The translations under genes and the position numbers were made by a program. This document shows, one piece after another, positions 37,271 through 46,700 of a stretch of DNA of 64,000 nucleotides. This DNA is from an uncultured Acidobacteriota bacterium. Lineage in GTDB: Bacteria > Acidobacteriota > Terriglobia > Terriglobales > Acidobacteriaceae. Every line of letters begins with the position of its first letter. Position 1 is the first letter of the stretch. The notes under the pieces were generated by a model, which saw nothing but the letters and a program-made list of their open reading frames with translations, was not told the origin of the DNA and did no database searches. The DNA is taken from positions 80,023 to 144,022 of the forward strand of contig CAWDNS010000004.1 in assembly GCA_963803775.1 (NCBI GenBank). Direction: 5' to 3'.

Positions 37271-37690
37271 GGGTTGTTTCACTGCGTCCCCCTTGCTCCA
37301 AGCTCTAACTCCGTCAACGTGATCTATGTATCCGTTCACGTAGTCTGCTAAGGGGCCGTGTGGGGGAGCGTGGTAGGTTCCGTTGAAAATCACATATTGA
37401 CCTTTGTGTTTCTCGTATATCTCGAGCTCGGCGTGAAGGTCAATCGAGTTCGAGATAATGAAGTTGCGACCGTCGGATTCAGTCACATAAATTCCGAAGG
37501 ATTGGTCCAGCCCGTTGTTGTCCAGGTATCCAGCAACCCGCACGCGGCGGCCATCGAAGAGCTTAGGGTTCGCTATTAAGCGAATCAAGCTTACGGGGAA
37601 CGGGTGATGGTCATTCCGATCCTGGGCCGAAATCGAACCCGCCAGACTAACTGAACAGATCAAGGTGGCAACGACCATTCTAAAACTCAC
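37268..37690 (-). CDS. Small secreted hypothetical protein
   Basis: GTG 37690 after GAGGGGA gives the signal peptide VSFRMVVATLICSVSLAGSISAQ. The gene looks lower in GC than its neighbours and is the last gene after the NtrC-type regulator. Confidence 0.5.
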   Translation of the reverse strand: MSFRMVVATLICSVSLAGSISAQDRNDHHPFPVSLIRLIANPKLFDGRRVRVAGYLDNNGLDQSFGIYVTESDGRNFIISNSIDLHAELEIYEKHKGQYVIFNGTYHAPPHGPLADYVNGYIDHVDGVRAWSKGDAVKQP

Positions 37691-37730
37691 GAAATATCTC
37701 CCCTCAGAAGCACTCGCCATTTGTGGTGGT

Positions 37731-39140
37731 CTACTGCAACACCGAGCTACCCGTCGGCAGTTCGTGTCTGCCACCGATGTTGTAGCGCTTGAGCTTGCGG
37801 TAGAGAGTGGCGCGGCTTATGCCGAGCATCTTGCCGGCCATGACCTTGTCGCCTTTCACCTGTTCGAATACGCGTTCGATGGTGGCGCGTTCGATGTCTT
37901 CGAGATCGTTGGAGGATAATCCAGCGGTGTTGGGTATCCCGCTGGTTTCCTGCATGGGAGAAGCCGAAGCGATGGTCGGCGGGAGGTCGCCGATATCGAT
38001 GGTCCGCGAATCCCCCAGGGCCACCGCGCGTTCGACGCAGTTTTCCAGCTCGCGAACGTTTCCCGGCCAGTCATATTGCAGCAGGCATTTCATGGCCGAA
38101 TTGGTGACCTGCATGGCACTGCCGCCGGCGTAGCGATCCAGAAACCAATGCACCAGCATGGGAATATCGGAGCGGCGTTCGCGCAGCGACGGCAGATGCA
38201 CGGTGACAACGTTCAGCCGGAAATAGAGATCCTTCCGGAAAGTGCCATTGCGGTATTCCGCTTCCAGGTCGCGGTTGGTGGCGGCGATCACGCGAACGTC
38301 GACTTTGATTCGCTGATTGCTGCCGACGGGACGAACCTCTTTCTCCTGCAAGACTCGCAGCAGCTTGGCCTGCATCTCAAGCGGCAGTTCGCCGATCTCG
38401 TCGAGAAAAATCGTTCCTCCGCTCGCTGACTGGAAAAGGCCAGTCTTTGATCTCAGAGCGCCGGTGAATGCTCCTTTTTCGTAGCCAAACAATTCGCTTT
38501 CGATGAGGGTCGGAACCAAAGATCCGCAATCCACGGCGACGAACGGCCGATTGGCGAAGGAGCCGCGGAAATGAATCGCGCGCGCCACTAATTCTTTGCC
38601 GGTGCCGCTTTCGCCGGCGATCAACACCGGAGTGCGAGTGTCTTTCAGCCGCGAGACCACGCGCAAGACGTCTTGAATCTTACTCGAAGAGCCGACGATG
38701 CCGTGGAGGTCGGTTTCCGTATCCACGCGCTCGCGCAGAAACTGATTTTCTTCCACCAGGCGTACTTTCTCGGCCATGCGGCGAAGGAAAAGGCGCAGTT
38801 CTTCCAGCGGCGAAAAGGGTTTCCCGATGTAATCGTAAGCGCCGAGTTTCATGGCCTGGACGGCGGTCTCGACCGATCCATGGCCAGTCATCACCGCGAC
38901 CTCGGCGCGCGGAAGCAGTTTTTTCACTCTTTCCAGAAACTCGATGCCAGACATATTTGGCATGACCATATCGGTCAGCACCATGTGGGCGGGTTGCTCT
39001 TCGAGCAGAGCGAGCGCGGTCTCACCACTGTTGGCCTCCAGGCAGGTGAACCCGAGGGCTTCGCCGACGGTCATGCAAAGTTTGCGGATGCTCTGTTCGT
39101 CATCCACGATCAAGAGCCGGATTCGCAGGTCTTCGCTCAC
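37731..39140 (-). CDS. Sigma-54-dependent response regulator (NtrC family): REC + AAA+ activator + Fis-type HTH
   Basis: [10 protein letters not shown] and [11 protein letters not shown] mark the REC domain. The AAA+ domain has GESGTGKE, the GAFTGA loop (EKGAFTGA) and ELFGYE. The C-terminal HTH is [17 protein letters not shown]. The GTG 39140 start overlaps the upstream stop (GTGA). Confidence 0.9.
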   Translation of the reverse strand: MSEDLRIRLLIVDDEQSIRKLCMTVGEALGFTCLEANSGETALALLEEQPAHMVLTDMVMPNMSGIEFLERVKKLLPRAEVAVMTGHGSVETAVQAMKLGAYDYIGKPFSPLEELRLFLRRMAEKVRLVEENQFLRERVDTETDLHGIVGSSSKIQDVLRVVSRLKDTRTPVLIAGESGTGKELVARAIHFRGSFANRPFVAVDCGSLVPTLIESELFGYEKGAFTGALRSKTGLFQSASGGTIFLDEIGELPLEMQAKLLRVLQEKEVRPVGSNQRIKVDVRVIAATNRDLEAEYRNGTFRKDLYFRLNVVTVHLPSLRERRSDIPMLVHWFLDRYAGGSAMQVTNSAMKCLLQYDWPGNVRELENCVERAVALGDSRTIDIGDLPPTIASASPMQETSGIPNTAGLSSNDLEDIERATIERVFEQVKGDKVMAGKMLGISRATLYRKLKRYNIGGRHELPTGSSVLQ

Positions 39141-39538
39141 GGCGCCTTCCCCATTGTCTTTTCCACGACTGAAATGAATTGCTGGACACGAAACGGTTTC
39201 TCCACGCAGGGTGCGCCTGTCTTGCGGAGTGTGGCTACCGTGTCTTCGTTGGCAATATCTCCGGTGATGAAAACAATCCGGTGGGCGAGTTCGGGACAAT
39301 TTCCGGCTAACCAGGCATGGACATCGGCTCCGTCCACTCCGCCAGGCGTGCGCATGTCGGAAACCACGCCGAGGAATTTCTCCGAGGCCAGCAAGCGCAA
39401 GCCTTCGGCGCCGGACTCGGTGCAGACCACGCTGTAGCCGCTACGCTCCAACGCGGCGCGGACGTAGGCCATCACCGCAGGCTCATCTTCAATGAGCAAC
39501 ACAGGCAAAAAATCTGGCTTCATTGCAGGCATACTCAT
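39137..39538 (-). CDS. Single-domain (CheY-like) response regulator
   Basis: VLLIEDEP, VVSDMRTPGG and VEKPF are present. It has an ATGA overlap with the kinase gene. Confidence 0.85.
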   Translation of the reverse strand: MSMPAMKPDFLPVLLIEDEPAVMAYVRAALERSGYSVVCTESGAEGLRLLASEKFLGVVSDMRTPGGVDGADVHAWLAGNCPELAHRIVFITGDIANEDTVATLRKTGAPCVEKPFRVQQFISVVEKTMGKAP

Positions 39539-42500
39539 GACCGGGCCACCCCCGAAATCACGCCAATCGCGAGGGCTGGCAAACGCACCGTGAACGTCGC
39601 ACCCTCACCATCGGGATTGTTTTGACAAGCAATTTCGCCTCCGTGTTCATGCACGATGCCATAGCAGATGCTCAGGCCGAGGCCCGTGCCTTTGCCCACG
39701 TCTTTCGTGGTGAAGAAGGGATCAAAGATGCGTTCGGGGGATGAGATGCCCTGGCCGTTGTCACGGAAGGTGGCTTCCACCATGTTGCCGCAATTGGTGG
39801 TTGCGATCTCGACCCGTGGCGGACGCCCGGTGTCGCGCATGGCGTCGTAAGCATTGTTAAGAATGTTCAGAAACACCTGCTGGAGCTGATGGGAATCGCC
39901 GATTACCTGTTGAAGATTCTCGTCGAGATGCTCGATGACCTCCGCACCGCGGCTGCGGAAGTCGTAGGCGCGCAACTGCACGGTGCGATGGAGAATGGCA
40001 TTGAGCTGGACCGGGTTCTTTTGTGGCGGCATTTGGCGCGCAAAGCTCAGCAGGTTCTGCACAATCTGTTTGGTGCGTTGCGCCTCCTGCAGGATCACCC
40101 GCAGGTCTTTGCGCGCGGTTTCGGGCATTTCCGGATTTTCCAGCAGTAGGTCGGCGAAGCCGAGAATCGCAGTCAGGGGATTGTTGACTTCGTGGGCGAC
40201 GCCTGAAACTAACTGGCCCACCGCTGCCATTTTTTCCGCATGAATCAGCTTGGCCTGGAGAGTGGCTGCGTCGGTGATGTCACTCATGACTACCACAATG
40301 CTGGTGACGGTTTCACGCTCATCACGCATGGGACTGAGATTCACTGAAAATCGTCCCACGTCCTGGCCGCGGACGATCTGCAGTTCAAGATTGTCCACCT
40401 GCGACCCGATTCGGGTGGTGGCAAAAGCCTCAGCCAGCGCCTGCCGCCTTTGCGGTGCGATTAAGTCTTCCAGTGGCCGCCCCAGAAGCTGGTGCTGCTG
40501 GTATCCCATTTCGTACCAACGCCGGTTGGCATAGCTGATGAGACCGCTGGTATCCACCACCAGGATCAGGCTCTGGGTGTGGTTCAGTATCTTTCCGGAA
40601 AAGTCGCGTTCACGATGCAGTTCCGATTGAAAGGTCTTGAGGCCGCTGATATCAAGCATGACGCCGCGATATTGCACGGTGCGGCGTTGGGCGTCGCGGA
40701 CTGCGAAGGCATTCACCAGAACATGCACCGGTGCTCCGTCCGGGCGGCGCAGGGTTTGCTCCTGGTTGCGAGCTGCGCCGTGCTGCTGCATCTGGCGCGT
40801 GAACTCTTCGTACTGTTCGGCTGAGAAACACACCTGGGAGCGAATGTCCGCTTGCAAAAGCTCTTCGCGGCTGGTGTACCCGAGCATTCGTACCAGCGCG
40901 TCATTGACTTCAACAAATCGTCCTTCGGGAGTAGCGAAGAACACGCCTTCCTGAATGTTATCGAACAATTCGCGGTAACGACGCTCGGCTTCGCGGCGGT
41001 CGGTGATGTCCTTGAGGACGTGAATGATTTGCAGGCCTTCGCTATTGGCGCTGTGGACCCGGGAAGTGGAGACAATGTAAGTGCGGTCGAGCACCGGGAG
41101 CACGTATTCGTCCGGGCCTGCGTCGTTCATGGAAGAACGGCAGAAGGGGCAGGAATGCGCCGGGGTTTCATCGTCGGTGACCATCAACCCACACATGCTG
41201 ACGCCGATCAGTTCCTGGGGCTGAACTCCGATGAAGTCGGCCAGCGACCGGTTCACGCGCAAGACTTTGTCCGATTGGTCGTGGGCCACGATGAAGTCGG
41301 TGATGGCATCGAAGATTTCGATCCAATGGCGGTTGGCCTGGTGCATCCGAGTAAACAGCCGGGCATTTTCCAGGGCAATGGATGCGTGCGCCGCAACCGC
41401 TTGCAGCAATTGCTGGTCGCTGCGCTCCAAAGGCTTTTGCCTGTTGGCCAGGCACAGCACTCCAACCAGTTCTCCGGAAGACCCCTGGAGGCGGATGAGG
41501 CTGCAATCGTTCCAGCCAAGCGCGGAACTGGTTTCGCTGCCGAGAAGGTCAGCAGCGCTGCCACACACAACTGCCTCAGGGCTGATGGCCAGAGTGTGCG
41601 CGAGGCCGCCTTCCAAGCGATGCAGGAGAGAATCCTGGCGGTTGTTGGAGACAGACGTTCCATGCAGCGCCACGATTTCCAATCCCTGATTTTGCTTCAC
41701 TGCCAAGGCGGCCATGGGAGCTTCCATCAAATCAGCGGCACGGGTGACGAAGCTTCTGGCAAACTCGGGAAGCTGTAGCTGAGAGTTCAACTCAAGCGCC
41801 AGCCCCATCAGAGACTCGGCGCGACGGCGGTGCTGCTCCGACAAGTGAAGATTGCGAGTGGACTCCAGCGCGACCGCGACTTGTGCCGCCAGAACCCTGG
41901 CGGAACGAATATCCGACTGCGAAATTCCGGTGCGATCGAGGCGATCGAGCACTCCGAACATTCCCAGCACTTCGCCGTGTGTGTCAAGTAAAGGCACGGT
42001 CAAGACTTGTTTGACATTGAACTTGGCTAAGGCCTCACGATTGGCCCCTGGAACCTGAGTCGCGTCGTCAGACCAGAAGACCTCGCGATTAAACAGAGCG
42101 CGGGTAGTGGGCCCTTCCGGCAGGACCATATCCAGGCGTTCAGTTCTTCCGCTCTCTGCTCCCCAGTGAACCCGAAATACGCCGTCTTCGAGCAGACCAA
42201 GGAATGCGCGGTCGAAGCCGAGAAGACCCGCGGCGCGTAATGCGAAACGTTGCATGAACTGGTCAAGATCGCCGATCGATCCCAACTCCGACGAAATGTC
42301 GAGCAGTTGTTGCAACTCCTGGGCCTGCGCCCGGGCGGTTCCGCAGAGTTCCGCGTTGGCGATGGCGACCGCACCAAAGCCCGCAACCGCCGCCAGTAAA
42401 GACTTTTCTTCCAGGCGGAATGGACCTTGCTGTCGTGGATAAACGAGAACAGCACCCTGAGCGCGGGAAGTACGAATGGGAGCCGCCAGCAGCATACCGG

Positions 42501-43389
42501 CTGGAACCAACTCGCCAAGAGCGTGGGTGTAAGGGTCAATGGCCACGGCAATCACTTCGCCAACGGCGAGTGCTCGCGCGGTGAGATCGGCAGCAAATTG
42601 CAAGCCTTTGCGGTCGTAACGAGAGCGCACGGAAGCTGCCAATTGCGGAGATTCCGCCGCCACGGCGTGCAACTGCACCGTGGTTCCCTGCCGCAAGAGG
42701 ATGCAAACCAGACGGGTGTTCAGCAGCATCCGCAAATGGGCCGCGACTGACTCAGACACCGTCGAGGTATCGGGCATGGCGTGCACGGCTTGCGCAACTT
42801 CGGTCAGAATCTCCGCCCGGCGATGCTCCTCGCGGGAGAGCTTGGTCAGACGGTTGGCCTCGAGCAGACTACCCAGTTGGCCGGCCAGAATGGTGGCCTT
42901 CATAGCCATGTCATCGTGAAAGAAATCGGGGTCCGAAGCACTCAGAAAGACGGCCGCGCCGATCACCTCGTTGGCTACCACCAGCGGCGCCGCCATCAGA
43001 GACTTGGCGTGGAATTCGCTGGCCATGGGATAGCGGTTGGGATCCACACGATTCACATAAACGGTTCTGCGTTGCCGGACGGCCTCGACGGCAACGGCGC
43101 TGTCGCGAGCCTTTAAGCGCTGGCCGCGAAAATTCTCCGCCAACAAACCATCTGCTTCGGCAGCGACCAACTCATCCGGCGGACTCACACGCCAGAAATA
43201 TGTGCCATCTACCTGAAAGAATTCTCGGGTGGTGCGGCAGAACATTTGAATCACGGAACCGGAAGGGGTGCCGTCCGCCATTGCCTCGGAGAATTGCAAT
43301 AGCAATCTTTGAAAGGCCTCCTCACCATGATGAAGTGGCGCCTCGGTTGGTGTGAAATGGCCAGTTTGCATAGTAGGCAACGATGCCAA
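39535..43389 (-). CDS. Multi-GAF, multi-PAS sensor histidine kinase (1284 aa), soluble, without its own receiver
   Basis: Several GAF-like and PAS-like segments precede the H-box GVAHEVNNPLTAILGF. The N-box is LNILNNAYDAM, with G-boxes DNGQGI and GKGTGLGLSICYG. Confidence 0.9.
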   Translation of the reverse strand: MASLPTMQTGHFTPTEAPLHHGEEAFQRLLLQFSEAMADGTPSGSVIQMFCRTTREFFQVDGTYFWRVSPPDELVAAEADGLLAENFRGQRLKARDSAVAVEAVRQRRTVYVNRVDPNRYPMASEFHAKSLMAAPLVVANEVIGAAVFLSASDPDFFHDDMAMKATILAGQLGSLLEANRLTKLSREEHRRAEILTEVAQAVHAMPDTSTVSESVAAHLRMLLNTRLVCILLRQGTTVQLHAVAAESPQLAASVRSRYDRKGLQFAADLTARALAVGEVIAVAIDPYTHALGELVPAGMLLAAPIRTSRAQGAVLVYPRQQGPFRLEEKSLLAAVAGFGAVAIANAELCGTARAQAQELQQLLDISSELGSIGDLDQFMQRFALRAAGLLGFDRAFLGLLEDGVFRVHWGAESGRTERLDMVLPEGPTTRALFNREVFWSDDATQVPGANREALAKFNVKQVLTVPLLDTHGEVLGMFGVLDRLDRTGISQSDIRSARVLAAQVAVALESTRNLHLSEQHRRRAESLMGLALELNSQLQLPEFARSFVTRAADLMEAPMAALAVKQNQGLEIVALHGTSVSNNRQDSLLHRLEGGLAHTLAISPEAVVCGSAADLLGSETSSALGWNDCSLIRLQGSSGELVGVLCLANRQKPLERSDQQLLQAVAAHASIALENARLFTRMHQANRHWIEIFDAITDFIVAHDQSDKVLRVNRSLADFIGVQPQELIGVSMCGLMVTDDETPAHSCPFCRSSMNDAGPDEYVLPVLDRTYIVSTSRVHSANSEGLQIIHVLKDITDRREAERRYRELFDNIQEGVFFATPEGRFVEVNDALVRMLGYTSREELLQADIRSQVCFSAEQYEEFTRQMQQHGAARNQEQTLRRPDGAPVHVLVNAFAVRDAQRRTVQYRGVMLDISGLKTFQSELHRERDFSGKILNHTQSLILVVDTSGLISYANRRWYEMGYQQHQLLGRPLEDLIAPQRRQALAEAFATTRIGSQVDNLELQIVRGQDVGRFSVNLSPMRDERETVTSIVVVMSDITDAATLQAKLIHAEKMAAVGQLVSGVAHEVNNPLTAILGFADLLLENPEMPETARKDLRVILQEAQRTKQIVQNLLSFARQMPPQKNPVQLNAILHRTVQLRAYDFRSRGAEVIEHLDENLQQVIGDSHQLQQVFLNILNNAYDAMRDTGRPPRVEIATTNCGNMVEATFRDNGQGISSPERIFDPFFTTKDVGKGTGLGLSICYGIVHEHGGEIACQNNPDGEGATFTVRLPALAIGVISGVARS

Positions 43390-43511
43390 CTACAAGTAAT
43401 TGAATATAATGGAAAAGTAGTCCACAATCTCAATTTGAGTCAAGATTATTAGGGATGGGAGTGCCCAATTGTGAACCTCGACTGGAAAAGTCCCTGCTTC
43501 ACCCATATTCT

Positions 43512-43549
43512 TCGTCTCACTGTGAGAGTGAGCGCCTCGGCTGAGACGA
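43512..43549. promoter_or_regulatory. Candidate enhancer (UAS): inverted repeat TCGTCTCA...TGAGACGA
   Basis: 8-bp arms at 43512-43519 and 43542-43549, about 110-145 bp upstream of the -24 element at 43657. An inner hairpin CTCACT-GTGAG-AGTGAG is also present. Confidence 0.4.
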
Positions 43550-43593
43550 TAATCTCTTGAAGGCGAACCCGTCGGCTGCTAATCTAATCCTCC

Positions 43594-43606
43594 TAAGTAA
43601 TTGATA
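43594..43606. promoter_or_regulatory. IHF-consensus match between the UAS and the promoter
   Basis: TAAGTAATTGATA fits YAANNNNTTGATW (the reverse of WATCAANNNNTTR) in an AT-rich stretch about 55 bp upstream of -24. Confidence 0.35.
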
Positions 43607-43656
43607 TTTATTGCTATTAGGCCGCTATCCTCTTGTAACCCCCTGAGCTGCAAGGT

Positions 43657-43672
43657 TGGCAGAGACATTGCA
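43657..43672 (+). promoter_or_regulatory. Sigma-54 (-24/-12) promoter of the TonB_C/chemosensory operon
   Basis: TGGCAG-AGACA-TTGCA differs from the consensus TGGCAC-N5-TTGCW at a single position. Confidence 0.6.
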
Positions 43673-43709
43673 CCTGAAGTTACGACCAGATGTGTCTGGC
43701 GGAGAGGCC

Positions 43710-44075
43710 GTGCGCTTCCAAGAGCCTAAAAGGAGACTGATTACAGTCCTGGCATTGTGGGCGTTCTTTGTCGCGGCAGGAGCAATTATCCCCTGGCGCG
43801 CTTTCGCTCAAGCGGAAGTAGCACGGAAAGTGAAAACCAGGGTCTCTCCGAGCTACCCCGACCTGGTGCGCCGTTTGAGCATCCGCGGCACGGTGAAGGT
43901 GGTTGTAGTGGTTTCCCCCAACGGTGACCCGAAAGACGTCAGGGTGGTGGACGGAAATCCAGTTCTGGTGAATGCAGCACTGGACGCGGTGAAGAAATGG
44001 AAGTTTGAACCGGCGCAGGACGAGAGCACTGTGACGCTGGAATTCGATTTCCAGCCTAAACGTCCGGCGGAGTGA
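43710..44075 (+). CDS. Small periplasmic TonB C-terminal-domain protein
   Basis: GTG 43710 after GGAG gives the signal-like MRFQEPKRRLITVLALWAFFVAAGAIIPWRAFAQA. TonB_C is SPSYPDLVRRLSIRGTVKVVVVVSPNGDPKDVRVVDGNPVLVNAALDAVKKWKFEP. The ORF-track TTG 43656 would sit on the promoter. Confidence 0.7.
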   Translation: MRFQEPKRRLITVLALWAFFVAAGAIIPWRAFAQAEVARKVKTRVSPSYPDLVRRLSIRGTVKVVVVVSPNGDPKDVRVVDGNPVLVNAALDAVKKWKFEPAQDESTVTLEFDFQPKRPAE

Positions 44076-44125
44076 GCCACACCCCACGGCACGAGGCGAA
44101 CCTGCAATTTAGGGGAGGAATAGCG

Positions 44126-46114
44126 ATGACGATTGGCAAGAAACTTTATGTGAATTTTGGCGCCGTCCTTGCGATGGTGGTGGTGCTGTTCCTGGTCAAC
44201 CTCGTCGCGGTGCAGCGGGAACACAGCGCCAAAGCTGCGGCCTCGCAAGCGTTACAGATGGCGCAGACCAACGACAAGATCCGTTTCCAGATGATGCAGA
44301 ACCGGCTGTATCTAAGCAACTACCTGCTCAGCGGAGACACCCGTGAAGTCGAGAGATTGAACGACGGGATGCGTGTCCTGCAAGACTCCCTGCAAACCGC
44401 CCAGAACCTGGCCAATTCGGAGCAGCAGAAAGCCGCACTGTCGAAGGTGCAAACCAGCGAGCAGAACTGGGGGCACGACTTTGCGGCGCCGTTGATCGAG
44501 AAGCGCAAAGATGTGGACAGCGGCAACGCCACGGTAGCTGAGTTGCAGATTTTCTATTTGCAGAAAGACGCGTCGTCCTGGGTCAAGGCTGCCACCGATT
44601 CTCTGGAAGTAGCTGACCTGGAAAATACCAAGGTTCTGGAACTACGGCGAAAGTCCGATGAAACCGCGGCCACGGCTACTATCGTGATCGCGCTGTTCAG
44701 CACGCTTCTGGCGCTGGCCCTGGGCATTGCCATCGCCTACTCCACTTCCAAGTCGATCACGGAACCGCTAGGAAACCTGATGACGGTGGCGCGGCAGATC
44801 GGCAATGCCGGCGACTTGGATCATGAAATCGATCTCACCCGCAAAGATGAAATCGGTGAGTTGTCGCGAAGTTTCGCCACCATGGTCACTTACCTGAAAG
44901 AGATGGCAACAGTCTCCGAGGCAATTGCCGGCGGGAACCTGAATGTTGAAGTGCAGCCGCGATCGAAGGGTGACACATTAGGCAAAGCCTTCGTGAGCAT
45001 GATCGAGGGACTCAGAAGCCTGGTTCGCAATGTGCGCGATGCAGCCTCGCAAGTGGCCAGCGCCTCCAATCAAGTGGCAGGAGCCTCCGACGAATCCGCC
45101 AAGATCAGCCTGCAAACATCGTCCGCCATCGACGAAGTCACCAGCACCATGCACGAGATGAGCGTCAATGTGCAGAACATGGTGAAGAGCACGCAGACTC
45201 AGGCTTCGAGCGTCAGCGAAACCTCAGCTTCCATCGACCAAATGGTGGCTTCCATCCAGCGCGTGGCCGACACCGCGAAGGTATTGCTGGACATCTCCAA
45301 CCGCTCCCGCGAGGAAGTGCATAGCGGTATCTCCACCATGGACAAGGCTACCGATGGATTGAACCGGATCAATACCACCATTCAGTCTTCCGGCGAGATC
45401 ATCGATGTGCTGGGTCAAAGAGCGGACGATATTGGAAAGATCATCGAGGTTATCGATGACTTGGCTGAACAAACCAACCTGCTGGCGCTCAACGCTGCCA
45501 TCGAAGCCGCGCGCGCGGGCGAGCACGGGTTGGGCTTTGCCGTGGTCGCCGATGAAGTTCGCAAGCTGGCGGAAAAGTCCGCCCAATCCACCAAGGAAAT
45601 TTCCGACCTCATTCAGAGCATTCAGAAAGAGGCGCGTAAAGCCGTTGAGAACATGAACCGAAGCACCGGGATTGTTAACGAAGGGCTGGGTCTGGGACAG
45701 GAACTCAATACCGCGCTGCGTAAGATTTCCAACGTAGTCACCGAAGTGTACAAGTTCGCGCAGGAAATTGGCGCGGCCACCAACGAACAGTCGCACGGTT
45801 CGGCGCAGATCGCCCGCGCCACCACCCGCTTGAACGAGATCACCCACGAGATCAATTCTGCCGTGGAAGAACAGGCTTCGGGAGCGCACGCCGTGGTTAA
45901 AGCCATGGAGCGGATGCGGGAACTGGTGCAGCAAACCACTTCCGGCTCGACCGAACTGGCGGCTTCGGCGGAACAGATGTCGAAGATGTCCCGCGACCTG
46001 CTCGACTCCATGGATCGATTTGCGCTGGAGCAATTAGAGCGTGTCACGGGCCGACGCGTGGATAGGTCCACGTTGGCCAACGCCCGCCAGGCAGCTGCCG
46101 GGGCGCAGGGTTAA
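44126..46114 (+). CDS. Methyl-accepting chemotaxis protein (periplasmic 4-helix/CHASE3-like sensor, HAMP, MA domain)
   Basis: ATG 44126 follows AGGGGAGG. There are two TM segments, a HAMP domain (EIGELSRSFATMV) and the conserved signalling hairpin EQTNLLALNAAIEAARAGEHGLGFAVVADEVRKLAE. Confidence 0.9.
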   Translation: MTIGKKLYVNFGAVLAMVVVLFLVNLVAVQREHSAKAAASQALQMAQTNDKIRFQMMQNRLYLSNYLLSGDTREVERLNDGMRVLQDSLQTAQNLANSEQQKAALSKVQTSEQNWGHDFAAPLIEKRKDVDSGNATVAELQIFYLQKDASSWVKAATDSLEVADLENTKVLELRRKSDETAATATIVIALFSTLLALALGIAIAYSTSKSITEPLGNLMTVARQIGNAGDLDHEIDLTRKDEIGELSRSFATMVTYLKEMATVSEAIAGGNLNVEVQPRSKGDTLGKAFVSMIEGLRSLVRNVRDAASQVASASNQVAGASDESAKISLQTSSAIDEVTSTMHEMSVNVQNMVKSTQTQASSVSETSASIDQMVASIQRVADTAKVLLDISNRSREEVHSGISTMDKATDGLNRINTTIQSSGEIIDVLGQRADDIGKIIEVIDDLAEQTNLLALNAAIEAARAGEHGLGFAVVADEVRKLAEKSAQSTKEISDLIQSIQKEARKAVENMNRSTGIVNEGLGLGQELNTALRKISNVVTEVYKFAQEIGAATNEQSHGSAQIARATTRLNEITHEINSAVEEQASGAHAVVKAMERMRELVQQTTSGSTELAASAEQMSKMSRDLLDSMDRFALEQLERVTGRRVDRSTLANARQAAAGAQG

Positions 46115-46128
46115 ACGGAACAGATGCG

Positions 46129-46674
46129 ATGAACCGCGAATTGCACATCGTCGGCTTCCAGGTGGGACGGGAGACTTATGGAGCGCCCATCACTTCGCTG
46201 CATGAAATTGTGCGCGTGCCGGAAATCACGGCCGTACCGGATGCGCCTGCTTACATGGAAGGCGTGATCAACCTGCGCGGCAAGATCGTATCCGTGCAGG
46301 ATCTGCGCAAGCGGCTAGGGGAAACCGATGTTGTGCCCAACCGCCGCAACCGGATTCTGGTACTCGAGCATCACGGACGCCTTTCCGGGTTGATTGTCGA
46401 TTCCGCATCGGAAGTGCTCAAGATTCCGGCCGGGGACGTGGAACCGTCTCCCACAGAGTTCCTGGAAGGCGGCCTGAAGTGCGTGACCGGACTGGGGAAA
46501 CATAAGGGGCGACTGATCATTCTGCTCGACATGACCAAGTTGCTGGATTTCAGCACCCAAGGTGGAAATGGCGCTCCCGGCGAGGCTAAAGCCGAGGTCA
46601 AGACTGAAAGCAAGATAGAAGCCCGGACAAAAACCAGCACAACCGAGGCGCGGGGCGCCGCGGCGTCCAAATAG
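46129..46674 (+). CDS. cheW: Chemotaxis coupling protein CheW
   Basis: YGAPITSLHEIVRVPEITAVPDAPAYMEGVINLRGKIV is the CheW-domain signature. Confidence 0.9.
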   Translation: MNRELHIVGFQVGRETYGAPITSLHEIVRVPEITAVPDAPAYMEGVINLRGKIVSVQDLRKRLGETDVVPNRRNRILVLEHHGRLSGLIVDSASEVLKIPAGDVEPSPTEFLEGGLKCVTGLGKHKGRLIILLDMTKLLDFSTQGGNGAPGEAKAEVKTESKIEARTKTSTTEARGAAASK

Positions 46675-46700
46675 CGTGGAGGAAAAGCACCAATCAATTC

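Noticed and set aside
39141-39299. N-terminal 53-aa extension of the NtrC-type regulator given by the ORF track
   Set aside because: It overlaps the upstream REC gene in another frame. The receiver domain begins right after the GTG at 39140, which overlaps the upstream stop (GTGA coupling).
43656-43709. TTG 43656 as the start of the TonB_C gene
   Set aside because: It coincides with the near-consensus -24/-12 promoter. GTG 43710 with GGAG gives a sensible signal peptide.
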